From Promethearchaeota archaeon (lineage in GTDB: Archaea; Asgardarchaeota; Lokiarchaeia; Sigyniarchaeales; SOKP01): a stretch of 64,000 nucleotides of DNA. Positions 50,536-60,931 of this stretch are shown here, piece after piece. The stretch covers positions 386,184 through 450,183 of the forward strand of contig JAHPZA010000004.1 in NCBI GenBank assembly GCA_019058445.1, read 5' to 3'. A program made the position numbers and the translations under genes. Every line of letters starts with the position of its first letter. Position 1 is the first letter of the stretch. Below the pieces are notes generated by a model that worked only from the letters and a program-made list of their open reading frames with translations, made no database searches and was not told the DNA's origin.

Positions 50536-51447
50536 TCATTTTTTTATTTTTTTTAAATATTCCCAAAATTTTTTTTTTAAACCAGTCAACTCTAATTCTT
50601 TTAATTTGATAAAAAAGATTTCTCTCTTTGCAATAATAGGATATTGTTCAATTTCTAAAATTCTAATAAGACCAGCATCTGCCGCTTTTTTTGCTATGTG
50701 TTCACTTAATATTGAGATATAGTTTGACCCGCTTACCGCTGAAATAATAGAATCATTATCATTTATTTCTAAACCAATATTTAGCTCATGGTATTTATTA
50801 AATTGTTCTTCAAAAATATCTCGAGTCCCTGAACCTTTTTCTCTAGCGATGAAGGGAAATTTCACAAGTTCATTAAAAATAATTTGATCAGTATTACGCT
50901 TTAGTAATGTATGTTGAGTTGAGCATATAAATTTTAATTGATCTTGCCCTATTTGAATCACTTCAAAATCATTTTTATTATAACTCATAAAGCTACCTAT
51001 TCCTGCAAAATCTGCCATTTCCCGTTTTAGTAATTCAATAGATTTATGAGAATTATTAATAGATATTTTAAAATTTACAGAAGAATATTTTTCTCGGAAT
51101 TGGGCTATACTCTTGGGAAGTATATGAGAACCGGGGAGTGTTGAAGCAGTAATAATTATATCTTCAATTTGCTTTTGTGTGAATTGTGAAAGTTCTTGTT
51201 TACATGAATCAAATAAAGCTATAATTTTCTCAGCATAGTTCAGAAAAATTTCACCCTCTGGAGTGAGATTAAATTTTCTGGTTGTTCTATCTATTAACGT
51301 AACTCCCAACTCTTCTTCTAATTGAGATATCTGGTGAGATAACGTACTTTGGGATATGGAAAGATCTTTTGCTAAACCAGAAAAACTCTGATATTTTGTC
51401 AGACTTATAAAATTTCTTAAAAATTCAATATTCAAATTAAAAATCAA
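50536..51447 (-). CDS. LysR-family transcriptional regulator (CysL / selenium-metabolism-associated type)
   Basis: SFSGLAKDLSISQSTLSHQISQLEEELGVTLIDRT HTH; ASTLPG.HILP; FIAREKGSGTR. Confidence 0.9.
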   Translation of the reverse strand: MIFNLNIEFLRNFISLTKYQSFSGLAKDLSISQSTLSHQISQLEEELGVTLIDRTTRKFNLTPEGEIFLNYAEKIIALFDSCKQELSQFTQKQIEDIIITASTLPGSHILPKSIAQFREKYSSVNFKISINNSHKSIELLKREMADFAGIGSFMSYNKNDFEVIQIGQDQLKFICSTQHTLLKRNTDQIIFNELVKFPFIAREKGSGTRDIFEEQFNKYHELNIGLEINDNDSIISAVSGSNYISILSEHIAKKAADAGLIRILEIEQYPIIAKREIFFIKLKELELTGLKKKFWEYLKKIKK

Positions 51448-51599
51448 CTCAAAAATAGTATATGTTTATTAGAAACAACATCTAATATTACTTCAATAGT
51501 TCTTATATGTTTATCAATTCTATAAGCTTTAAAGTTAGAAAGTATTTAAATTTATAATTAAAATATTATCATCTTTTTAGAAATTCAAGGATTAGAATT

Positions 51600-53078
51600 A
51601 TGTCATCTCATTTTTTACATGATTTATTAAATCCGAAAAGTATCGCCTTTTATGGAGCAAGCAATAGTTACCAAAAATTTGGTAGTATGTTGTTCATGAG
51701 AGTTATAAACTCTGGATTTGAGGGGAACATATATCCAATCCACTTAGAATTGGACAATGTACAAGGTCTTAAGGCTTATAAAGAAATCGCAGATGTTCCA
51801 GAAATACCGGATCTCGCTGTTCTAGTTATACCGTCGAAAATCATACTTAAAATTCTTAGGGAATGTGCTGAAAAAGGCGTAAAATATTTCGTGATTGTTT
51901 CGGGAGGATTCAGAGAAATGACAGGAAACTACAAGAACACATTAACTGAGGAAATTATCAAAATCGCAGATAAATACGGGATTCGAATCATTGGACCTAA
52001 TTGCTTAGGAATTTATAATGGTTGGCTTGATCCGGACGAGAATAAATCATTTAATATGATGCTAACCCATCAAATTGGCCTTGGGAAATTTTCCTTAGTA
52101 AGCCACAGTGGAACAGTATCATCCCAATTATTTCGAGATCCTGCGAATATGGATTTGAAATTAGGCAAAACTTTATCTATCGGAAATGAAGCCAATATTG
52201 ATCTTGTGGATTTTTTAGAATATTTTAAAGACGATGACGAGACCGAAGTAATTGGATTATATATTGAAGAAATAAAAAGATCAAAAAAATTTATAGAATT
52301 AGCTAAAGAAATTACACTTAAAAAACCAATTATAGCAATGTATGGTGGCGGAACCAGAGCAGGAAATAGGGCAATAAGTAGCCATACAGGTTCTATGGCA
52401 GGAAACGCTAAGTTGTTTGATGCTATGGTTAATGAAACGGGTATTATTCAAACACATTATGTAGAAGAATTTTTAGACATTGCATCGATTTTATCCAAAC
52501 CAAGTTTTGTGTACCCTAAAGGAAATCGACTTGGAATCTTAACTACTTTTGGAGGCCCAGGAGCTTTAGTAGCAAATAACGCAGAGAGGCTAGGATTAGC
52601 GGTTCCCGAATTATCAGAATCCCTCCAACAAAAGTTTAAGAAATTTTTACCTCCTACTGCGAACTGTATGAATCCTGTTGACGCAACATTTGACCCAAAT
52701 ATCTTAAATTTTTATGTTAAATATCCAAAAATGCTAATGAAATCAGGTGAAATTGACGCGATAATATTAATCGGGGTCGCTGGATTCTTTTATGATATCT
52801 TGAGACTCCAAGAACAAGAAGGTTCAAAAGATATGGTTTCCCAGGAAGCTTTCATTGAACAATTAAAAGATCTGGAGAAAGTTCTAATCACTCCCACCAT
52901 TAAATTTTCACAGAAATATTCAATCCCTGTTATATATATTAATACTCAAAACTTAGCGAGTACATGGTCAAGCAAAATACGAGAGCAAGGGGGTATTGTT
53001 TTCAAATTCTGGGATCGTCCGGTGAAAGCGCTGATAAAAATATGTAAATATGTCGAATACAGAAAGTTGCACTCATAG
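51600..53078 (+). CDS. ADP-forming acyl-CoA synthetase alpha-subunit-like CoA-binding protein, copy 1
   Basis: PKSIAFYGAS, SGGFRE, GPNCLG, SHSG, GNEANID, phospho-His SHTGSMAG, NPVD. Confidence 0.9.
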   Translation: MSSHFLHDLLNPKSIAFYGASNSYQKFGSMLFMRVINSGFEGNIYPIHLELDNVQGLKAYKEIADVPEIPDLAVLVIPSKIILKILRECAEKGVKYFVIVSGGFREMTGNYKNTLTEEIIKIADKYGIRIIGPNCLGIYNGWLDPDENKSFNMMLTHQIGLGKFSLVSHSGTVSSQLFRDPANMDLKLGKTLSIGNEANIDLVDFLEYFKDDDETEVIGLYIEEIKRSKKFIELAKEITLKKPIIAMYGGGTRAGNRAISSHTGSMAGNAKLFDAMVNETGIIQTHYVEEFLDIASILSKPSFVYPKGNRLGILTTFGGPGALVANNAERLGLAVPELSESLQQKFKKFLPPTANCMNPVDATFDPNILNFYVKYPKMLMKSGEIDAIILIGVAGFFYDILRLQEQEGSKDMVSQEAFIEQLKDLEKVLITPTIKFSQKYSIPVIYINTQNLASTWSSKIREQGGIVFKFWDRPVKALIKICKYVEYRKLHS

Positions 53079-53226
53079 CTAATCCTAGATTTTTTAGGTA
53101 GTTTAGTAGCTCTCAAAAATGGATTTCTATGAGTTTATCAAATTTAATTAAGTTTTAAAGTTAAATCACTTTTTCCTATGTAGGATTAGGATATATATTT
53201 TTAATAGAAAAGTTTAAAAGTTAGAC

Positions 53227-54714
53227 ATGAGTGCACATTTTTTACATGATTTTTTACGTCCAAAAAGCATAGCTATTTATGGGGCAAATAATAGCTATGG
53301 TACTACAATGGGAACGATGCAGCTTATCAGAATTATCTCTTGCGGATATAAAGGCAAGATTTTTCCGATTCACCTAAGATTAGACAATGTGTTAGGTTTC
53401 AAGGCTTATAAATCGATTGCTGATGTTCCAGAGATTCCCGATCTCGTTATCATTGTATTACCCCCGAAAGTGGTCCCTCAAATATTTAGGGAATGTGGAG
53501 AAAAAGGAGTTAAAAAGATTGTGTTAATTTCCGGAGGATTTAGAGAAGTAAGCGGTGATCGCGCTAACACTCTTACTGAAGAAATAACAAAAATTGCAAA
53601 TCGCTATGGGATTAGGTTCACTGGGCCGAATTGTTTTGGATTTTATAATAGTTGGCTATATCCTGAGGATAATGGCATATTCAATATGATGGTATGGGGA
53701 GATGGATTGAAACGCGGGAAGTTTTCGGTAGCTTCACAAAGCGGAACTATGTCAAGTCATTGGGGAATGGACCCCGAATCTCTTGATGTTCGCGTTGGTA
53801 AATCAATTTCAGTCGGAAATGAAGCAAACATAGATCTTGTGAATTTCCTAGAATATTTCAAAGATGATGAAGAAACCGGCGTAATAGGATTATATATTGA
53901 AGAAATTAAAAGAGGACAAGAATTTATTCAATTAGCCAAAGAAATTTCCCGAACAAAACCGATAATTGCGATGTATGGGGGTGGTTCTGGAGCTGGAAAT
54001 CGCGCAATTAAAAGCCATACTGGTTCAATGGCAGGAAATATGAAGGTATTTGATGCAATGATTAAAGAGACGGGTATCATCAAAACGGATTATATCGAAG
54101 AGTTTTTAGATATTGCTTCGATTTTATCAAATCCAGATTTCTCCTATCCTAAAGGAAACCGTATGGGAATTATTACCAATTCAGGAGGACCGGGAGCGTT
54201 AATAGCCAACAACGCCGAAAGAAAAGGATTAACCGTTCCAGAATTATCGGACTCATTAAAATTAAAATTAGAAAAAATATTACCTCATACTGCCAGTTGG
54301 CTTAATCCGGTTGATGTAACCTTTGATATGAACATCTTTAACTTTTATACCTCAATTCCTAAAATGCTTATGAAGTCAGGCGAAATTGATGCTATAATAA
54401 TTTATGGCGCAATAGGTTTTCATGAGACAATGCCAGCATTGCAGCAAAATGAGAAAATAGCACCCTATATAGAACTCAGAGAAGATATGACTGAAAGAAT
54501 GGACGAGATGGACAAAATATTCATCGCACCAACAATGAAAGCCTCTCAAAAATTTGGAGTTCCCATTATTTACATAAATCCTCAAAATTACGCCTGCCAG
54601 TGGTCTAAAAAAATAAGAGAACAGGGGGGAATAGTATTTCAATACTGGGATCGTCCTGTTAATGCCTTGGCAAAGATAATTGAATATGTTGAATTTAGGA
54701 AAGATCATTCATAG
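53227..54714 (+). CDS. ADP-forming acyl-CoA synthetase alpha-subunit-like protein, copy 2
   Basis: Same motifs (GPNCFG, SQSG, SHTGSMAG, TNSGG). Confidence 0.9.
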   Translation: MSAHFLHDFLRPKSIAIYGANNSYGTTMGTMQLIRIISCGYKGKIFPIHLRLDNVLGFKAYKSIADVPEIPDLVIIVLPPKVVPQIFRECGEKGVKKIVLISGGFREVSGDRANTLTEEITKIANRYGIRFTGPNCFGFYNSWLYPEDNGIFNMMVWGDGLKRGKFSVASQSGTMSSHWGMDPESLDVRVGKSISVGNEANIDLVNFLEYFKDDEETGVIGLYIEEIKRGQEFIQLAKEISRTKPIIAMYGGGSGAGNRAIKSHTGSMAGNMKVFDAMIKETGIIKTDYIEEFLDIASILSNPDFSYPKGNRMGIITNSGGPGALIANNAERKGLTVPELSDSLKLKLEKILPHTASWLNPVDVTFDMNIFNFYTSIPKMLMKSGEIDAIIIYGAIGFHETMPALQQNEKIAPYIELREDMTERMDEMDKIFIAPTMKASQKFGVPIIYINPQNYACQWSKKIREQGGIVFQYWDRPVNALAKIIEYVEFRKDHS

Positions 54715-54747
54715 AACTTAAAATTAAAATTATTCTTTTTAATTATA

Positions 54748-54772
54748 AATTTATGAAAAAATTCGATAAATT
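54748..54772. promoter_or_regulatory. Degenerate LysR-type operator upstream of dsrE-tusA
   Basis: AAT-TTATGAA-N5-TCGATAA-ATT, matching the palindrome at 55493-55511. Confidence 0.45.
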
Positions 54773-54847
54773 ATTCTCAAAATATTAATATATTCTCTAA
54801 TCATATTCTACTTACTGAAATTATTCATTTTAGATTAGAGAAAAAAA

Positions 54848-55207
54848 ATGTCAGATAAAAAGAAAGTTTTCACAATTGCTATTGGTAGCGGTCAATATAC
54901 CAGGGAGAGACCTTACACACTTCTTAGATTTGCTTATACCGCTCTTTTAGAAGGGCATAAAATTAATATCTTTCTAGTAGAAGATGGTATTTGGGTGGGA
55001 AAGAAAGGACAAGATCCTGCCACTTATGATAATGTTGGAAAATGGCTAAAAGATGTTATTGAAGAAGGCGCGAGAGTGTTAGCATGTGGGGTTTGCATGA
55101 AAGCTCGCGGAATGTCTGAAGATGAGTTAATGGAAGGGATCAAAAAAACCACTATGAATGGATTTCTTGAAATGTGTGAGGAAGCTGATAATATAATGTT
55201 TACATAA
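54848..55207 (+). CDS. DsrE/TusD-family sulfur relay protein
   Basis: IFLVEDG.W...GQ, LACGVCMKARG. Confidence 0.88.
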   Translation: MSDKKKVFTIAIGSGQYTRERPYTLLRFAYTALLEGHKINIFLVEDGIWVGKKGQDPATYDNVGKWLKDVIEEGARVLACGVCMKARGMSEDELMEGIKKTTMNGFLEMCEEADNIMFT

Positions 55208-55226
55208 CGAAGGAGATGAAAAAATC

Positions 55227-55454
55227 ATGGGAGAAACATTAAAATTAGATTGTTCTGGTCTTGTTTGCCCAATGCCCGTGGCTAAAACAAAAAGAATGCT
55301 GAATAATATGAAAAGTGGAGATAAATTAGAAGTATCAGGAGATTTTTATGAGGCGGGAGAAAATATAAAGAGATTCGCAGAAAACCATGGGGGAAAGATT
55401 TTAGTTTTCAAATCTGAAGGAGATAATTACTATTTGGAAATAGAAAAACTATAA
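55227..55454 (+). CDS. tusA: TusA/SirA-family sulfurtransferase
   Basis: LDCSGLVCPMP...GDKLEV; GGAG RBS upstream. Confidence 0.88.
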   Translation: MGETLKLDCSGLVCPMPVAKTKRMLNNMKSGDKLEVSGDFYEAGENIKRFAENHGGKILVFKSEGDNYYLEIEKL

Positions 55455-55492
55455 TTCATTTTTTTAATTTCGCTTTTTTTATTTTTTTTGAT

Positions 55493-55511
55493 TTATCGAA
55501 ATCATCGATAA
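55493..55511. promoter_or_regulatory. Palindromic LysR-type operator
   Basis: Perfect TTATCGA-N5-TCGATAA containing T-N11-A, followed by a further GATCGAT and a TATA-like sequence. Confidence 0.55.
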
Positions 55512-55596
55512 GTATGATCGATATATTTAATAATTGTAATTCATGTTTTCTATCATTAAAAAAATAGATTTGAAAAGAAAAAAGAGAAGAATTTAA

Positions 55597-56889
55597 ATGA
55601 CTGAAAGTGAAAAACCAAATTGGCGTCCTATGTGGAAGGAACTAGGCATTGACATGGAAAAGCATGATCAATTATTAAGTGTTCTTCCAGATGTTTTTAA
55701 GGAAATTTATATTGACGCACAAAAAAATCGACCAGAAGCTATTGGTTTTTGGGACTTTGTTGTAGGAGATATTCATGGAATACGAGTAAATGAACTAAAG
55801 AAGGCAAAAGACGAGGGTAAAAAAGTTGTAGGAACTTTCTGTTTATATGTACCCGATGAGATTATTTTTGCGTTAGGTGCAATTGGTGTTGGATTATGTG
55901 GAGGAACTAACTTCTCAAATTATGCAGCTGAAGATGTTCTGCCTGCTAACATTTGTGCTTTAATTAAATCAGCTATTGGTTTTGGAATAGGAAATATCTG
56001 TCCATATTATGCAATGACAGATATTCTCATAGGTGAAACTACATGTGATGGAAAAAAGAAAGCATGGGAAGTTTTGAGTGATTACAAACCGATATATGTA
56101 ATGGAAACACCTCAATGTAAATCTCGACCTCAAGCAAGAGAACATTTCATAACAGAACTTAAAGCACTAATAAAAAAATTAGAGGAAGTAACTGGAAACA
56201 AACTAACCGTCGAAAATTTAAAAGCTGCAATGGAAAAGATTTCCAAAAAACGAGCTCAAATGCGAAGGATATATGAAGCACGAAAAGCTAATCCACCGCC
56301 AATATCCGGTAAGGATGCTTTACTTATGTCTCAAGTTGCTTTTTATGATGATCCTGACAGAGAAATTGAAATGGTTGGCAAATTAGCTGATGAATTGGAA
56401 CAAAGAATTAAAGATGGAGTTGGAGTAGGCGATAAAAAAGCTAAACGAATTTTAATTAGTGGAACTCCAATGGCTATTCCGAACTGGAAAATGCATCATA
56501 TCATTGAAAAAAACGGAGCTATAGTCGTCGCAGAAGAAACATGTACCGGAACAAGATATTTTGATGCAGAATTTCCAGAAATTAAAGGAGATTCCATCAA
56601 TGACCTGTTGGAACTTATCGCTGACAGATATTTGAACATAAATTGCGCATGCTTTACCCCTAACGATACACGTTTATTAGACATTAAACAACTTGTAAAT
56701 GAATATAAAGTAGATGGAGTGGTACTATATACTCTTTCTTTCTGCCAAGCTTATGATATTGAAGCTGTAGCCTTTGAAAAGATACTTAAAAAAGAAGGTA
56801 TCCCCGTAATTTCAATTACAACAGATTATTCTTCAGAAGATGTGTCCCAATTAACCACGCGTATAGAAGCTTTTCTCGAAATGCTTTAA
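55597..56889 (+). CDS. 2-hydroxyacyl-CoA dehydratase family protein, likely double-cubane cluster protein (DCCP)
   Basis: GTFCLYVPDE, GLCGG, NICALIKS, CPY, GETTCDGKKK, EETCTGTRYF, INCACFTPN, FC, TDYS, TRIEAFLEM. Confidence 0.8.
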   Translation: MTESEKPNWRPMWKELGIDMEKHDQLLSVLPDVFKEIYIDAQKNRPEAIGFWDFVVGDIHGIRVNELKKAKDEGKKVVGTFCLYVPDEIIFALGAIGVGLCGGTNFSNYAAEDVLPANICALIKSAIGFGIGNICPYYAMTDILIGETTCDGKKKAWEVLSDYKPIYVMETPQCKSRPQAREHFITELKALIKKLEEVTGNKLTVENLKAAMEKISKKRAQMRRIYEARKANPPPISGKDALLMSQVAFYDDPDREIEMVGKLADELEQRIKDGVGVGDKKAKRILISGTPMAIPNWKMHHIIEKNGAIVVAEETCTGTRYFDAEFPEIKGDSINDLLELIADRYLNINCACFTPNDTRLLDIKQLVNEYKVDGVVLYTLSFCQAYDIEAVAFEKILKKEGIPVISITTDYSSEDVSQLTTRIEAFLEML

Positions 56890-57006
56890 ATAATCGTATT
56901 TTGAGAAAATAATCTAGTTTTCATAATTATTTTTTGAGTTTCTTATTTTTTTATTCCCATCTCTTCAATAAAATTATTTATATAAAGAGGGAGTATATTA
57001 AAGTGT

Positions 57007-58161
57007 ATGATATACACAAAATTTCAAGAAATAGTTGGGACGAAATATCCGATAATTCAAGCCGGTATGGGACCATATAGTACCACCGACCTTTCAATAG
57101 CTGTAGCTAAGGAGGGCGCATTAGGATTAATATCTACTATTGGAATGGCTGCTGGAGGGGCCAGTTCCGCAGCGCCTGAAACAGCTAAAGAAATCTTTGG
57201 CAAAGGACGTCCAAAAACTATTGTAAAAAGGGTTATCCAATACGTTTTTGATAACCTTAAGGATTACCCAGATGCTAAGTTTGGAGTAAATATCCCGGTT
57301 GCAACAGATTTTACGTATGCAGCAACGAAGTTAATGAAGGGAACAATAGAAATTTGTAAGGAAAATCCAGAAATGCAAAAAAAATTGAAAGTTATTGTAA
57401 CTTCTGCAGGTGATCCTTTACCATGGGCGATAGATGCTTTAGCCAAAGGAGCGAAAAAGGCTAGAATTGCCATTAAAGAAGAATTACCTCATGTAGTATG
57501 GTGTCATGTATGCCCCAATGTAAGAGCGGCAAAAAGATGTGAAAAAGCTGGAGTAGATATCATCATCGCATCAGGCAGAGAAGGAGGAGCCCATTGTGCG
57601 TGGAGAGATGTATCTTCTATGGTATTACTACCTGAAGTAGTCAGAAATGTGAATAAACCTGTTGTTGGAGCCGGGGGTTTCGCAGATGGAGCTTCTTTAG
57701 CTGCTGCATTAGCATTAGGGGCTGCTGGCATCCAAATGGGTACCCGATTTATTGCCACTCAAGAGGCGGATTTTCAAGAAATGTGGAAAGAAGCAATCGT
57801 TAAACGAGCTGAAACAGATACTCTTATCGCAAGAGGATTATTTGGACCTATGAGATTTCTGAGAAACGATATGTCTTTAAAAGTTGTCGATGAAACAATT
57901 AAGGACGCATCGGATCTATTTCGAGGAATCCCTTGCTCTTCCAATGAAGCTATAATGAGAATAGAAATGACTGGGCTTGAAAAGCTTCTAGAGGAAAATG
58001 AGGATGAATCCATAATTTTAGGGGGAGTGGTTGCAGGTCGAATACATTCAATTCCTACTGTAAGAGAATTACTCGAGAATATTATGAAAGAGGCAGAACA
58101 AATTATTTCAAATTTACCATCCCTCATAAAAAAAGAAAAATTATTAGAAATTAAAAAATAA
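57007..58161 (+). CDS. Nitronate monooxygenase / FabK-like FMN oxidoreductase
   Basis: YPIIQAGMG, G.EGGAH, AGGFADG, LGAAGIQMGTRF. Confidence 0.9.
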   Translation: MIYTKFQEIVGTKYPIIQAGMGPYSTTDLSIAVAKEGALGLISTIGMAAGGASSAAPETAKEIFGKGRPKTIVKRVIQYVFDNLKDYPDAKFGVNIPVATDFTYAATKLMKGTIEICKENPEMQKKLKVIVTSAGDPLPWAIDALAKGAKKARIAIKEELPHVVWCHVCPNVRAAKRCEKAGVDIIIASGREGGAHCAWRDVSSMVLLPEVVRNVNKPVVGAGGFADGASLAAALALGAAGIQMGTRFIATQEADFQEMWKEAIVKRAETDTLIARGLFGPMRFLRNDMSLKVVDETIKDASDLFRGIPCSSNEAIMRIEMTGLEKLLEENEDESIILGGVVAGRIHSIPTVRELLENIMKEAEQIISNLPSLIKKEKLLEIKK

Positions 58162-58366
58162 AAAAATGACTTTTTTATAATTAATTTTTTTTCCTAATTT
58201 ATCTATAAACTAACTCAGTTTCTTTCCTTGGGGATAATGCAGAAGCGCAAACTAAAGTTTTGATGAAAAAAGGTTTCATCCCTGCTTCTAAAGAGTATTT
58301 AAAAATAAATATTTCACTTTCAGGCTATTATTTTCGTTGGATGGAATTTTTAAATAATTTTTAAAG

Positions 58367-58834
58367 TTAATGGATTGCGTTGACTGGACAAACTTCTTCA
58401 CAAATCCTACAGTTTCTACATTTTGTTGGATTAATTACTGCTTTATTGTTTACCATACTGATCGCATCATTGGGACATTGATTTATACATTCAGCGCAGC
58501 CAGTACACTTATTCTTATCTACAACAGGTAATATCATTTGTTGAATGTTATTTTGCAAGTTTGTGGAATAAACTTGATTTATCCCGGGATTTTGTACTGG
58601 AAACTGCAGATTTCTCGAAAAATTCTGATTTGGTATGGCTCTCATCATGGGAATACCACATTCTGGGCATATTATTTGATTGCATGGCACTCCAGGTCTA
58701 TGAAGTACTTCTCTACCGCATTTAATACATTTACAAATTCCCGAAGGTCCTAATCCCCTGCCTCCACCTCTTCTCCCCCCAGCTCTGCCTCTACCTCTAC
58801 CTCCAAATCGACCTCCTCCTCTATAGCTCATCAT
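58367..58834 (-). CDS. 2x[4Fe-4S] ferredoxin fused to an RGG-rich leader and a Cys-rich zinc-ribbon
   Basis: RGGGRFGGRGRG; CKCIKCG...PC...CPECG; CTGCAEC..CP and CRNCRICEEVCP. Confidence 0.85.
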   Translation of the reverse strand: MMSYRGGGRFGGRGRGRAGGRRGGGRGLGPSGICKCIKCGREVLHRPGVPCNQIICPECGIPMMRAIPNQNFSRNLQFPVQNPGINQVYSTNLQNNIQQMILPVVDKNKCTGCAECINQCPNDAISMVNNKAVINPTKCRNCRICEEVCPVNAIH

Positions 58835-59067
58835 TATGAATTTATTTAAAAATATTAAAAGATTTGGGCTTTACCAAAAAGTTTGCAATTAGAATTATGA
58901 AATATATTAATTTAAAATATGATCGAAACGATATTTAAACTATTCTTGAAAATTTAAATGAACTTGAAAAAAGTATAAAACTAAATTCATGTCTAATTTC
59001 TGACAGTATTATCATTATTTATGTTTTTAAATTAATGGAGAGAAACTTAAAGGTATAGGAGAAAAAA

Positions 59068-60789
59068 ATGGAAAAAAAAACCTATCCAGAATATAGCATT
59101 CATTACCCTTTACTTCTTACCACCTTTATGAAAAGGCCCGCAAGAGTTTATCCAAATGAAATTGGTGTTGTATACAGAAATCATATCACTGGAAAATATT
59201 ATCGTTTTACTTGGCTAGAATGGTATCATCGTACATGTCGGTTGGCAAATTTATTACAATCTCTGGGTATAAAACCTGGCAAACCAGGAGTCCTTGGTGA
59301 TCGTGTTGCTACTCTGGCACTGAACACCCACAGACATTTCGAGCTTTATTTTGCTGTGCCTTGCAGTGGAGCAGTTTTGCATCCAATCAATATAAGATTG
59401 GCACAAGATCATATAATTTATACAATTAACCATGCAGAAGACTCTGTCATCTTTTTTGATGATACTTTGCTTGAGCTAGTGGAAGGAATTTATGATAAGA
59501 TTAAAGATACCGTCAAGAAATTTGTATATATGTCAGATAACCCAGGACTTCCTACCACAAAAATTAAAAATCTATATGAATATGAAGTGCTACTTGCAAA
59601 GGAATCCGATGAATTTGAATGGCCGCATTTACATGAGGATAATTATGCTTCGCTTTGTTATACCACTGGTACGACAGGGTTGCCCAAAGGGGCTATGTTT
59701 ACTCACAGAGCGCTTTATCTTCAAACTTTACATTTAATCGCTCATGCCAGCTTTATTAATGACCCCTCCTATGCCCTTCTAGGTGAAAACATTGTTTTTC
59801 TGATGATTACGCCCTTATATCATGTCCATGCATGGTGTGCGCCTTTTATTTATGGTTTTTTGGCTGCGAAATTGGTATTACCTGGTACATTCACTGTGGA
59901 AGGTTTTTGTGAGTTAGTCCAGACTGAAAAAGTCACAGATACCGCCGTGGTTCCGACAATTTTGGCTTTACTCGTTGAATATGAAGAACTAGATCAATAT
60001 AATTTAAGCAGCCTTACTTATGTTAGGGTAGGCGGTGGAGCATTACCTTTAGGTTTAAAAGCTAAGGTTGAGAAGAAAATTCCTGGATTTTCGGCAACCT
60101 CGGGATATGGCATGACGGAAACTGCGCCAACTACAGTCAGATCCTTCGTAAAGAAATATATGATAGATTGGCCAAAAGAAAGACTGGATGAAGTAAGAGT
60201 TAAGACGGGGCTTCCTATTCCAGGAATCGAGGTAGAAGTAGTAGATGAAAATGGAAAATCAGTTCCCCATGACAATAAAACTCTAGGACAAATTGTTATC
60301 CGAGGTCCCTGGGTAATTGAAAAATATTTTAAAAACCCTGAAAAGACCGCTGAAGTGTGGTACGATGGATGGTTTCATACAGGAGATGTAGCCAAGGTTG
60401 ATGAGGATGATTTCATAATAATCGCGGATAGGATGAAAGATGTTATAAGAAGCGGTTCTGAAATGATTCCAACAGTACTTCTTGAAAATCTTGCAACTAT
60501 GGCTAATTTTGTCCTTGAAGCTGCCATCGTGGGAGTCCCCGATGAAGTTTGGGGCGAAAAACCACTCGCACTCATAAAATTAATCGCAAACTCTAACAAA
60601 ACGGAAGATGATTTTATTGAATTCCTTAAGGTCGAAGGGGTGGATAAAGGAAAAATTACAAAATGGATGCTTCCTAAATTAGTAGCTATCGTTGATGAGG
60701 TTCCTAAGACAAGCGTAGGAAAATATAATAAAAGGGAAATCAGGAGGAATATAAGAAATTATCTTGATATTGCTAAAAGTATAACATAA
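59068..60789 (+). CDS. Long-chain fatty acid-CoA ligase (AMP-binding)
   Basis: YTTGTTGLPKG, GYGMTET, RGPW, WFHTGD, DRMKD, PKTSVGK. Confidence 0.93.
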   Translation: MEKKTYPEYSIHYPLLLTTFMKRPARVYPNEIGVVYRNHITGKYYRFTWLEWYHRTCRLANLLQSLGIKPGKPGVLGDRVATLALNTHRHFELYFAVPCSGAVLHPINIRLAQDHIIYTINHAEDSVIFFDDTLLELVEGIYDKIKDTVKKFVYMSDNPGLPTTKIKNLYEYEVLLAKESDEFEWPHLHEDNYASLCYTTGTTGLPKGAMFTHRALYLQTLHLIAHASFINDPSYALLGENIVFLMITPLYHVHAWCAPFIYGFLAAKLVLPGTFTVEGFCELVQTEKVTDTAVVPTILALLVEYEELDQYNLSSLTYVRVGGGALPLGLKAKVEKKIPGFSATSGYGMTETAPTTVRSFVKKYMIDWPKERLDEVRVKTGLPIPGIEVEVVDENGKSVPHDNKTLGQIVIRGPWVIEKYFKNPEKTAEVWYDGWFHTGDVAKVDEDDFIIIADRMKDVIRSGSEMIPTVLLENLATMANFVLEAAIVGVPDEVWGEKPLALIKLIANSNKTEDDFIEFLKVEGVDKGKITKWMLPKLVAIVDEVPKTSVGKYNKREIRRNIRNYLDIAKSIT

Positions 60790-60931
60790 AATACTTATTT
60801 TTATTAAATTGCATTCATATAATCTTCAAATATTTTAATTTGTTTAAGTATCATTTGGATTAGGAAAGAAGCTTTATATATTTTATAATAGAACTTATAA
60901 TTATAATATAATAAAGATATAGTGATTAAAT

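Noticed and set aside
54848-56889. Possible selenoproteins (UGA readthrough) near the LysR, DsrE and TusA genes
   Set aside because: All relevant positions are Cys, the genes end in TAA, and I saw no convincing SECIS.
58230-58295. GATGAAA/TTTCATC hairpin between convergent genes
   Set aside because: Lacks SECIS geometry and has no UGA-containing ORF upstream; may be chance or terminator-related.
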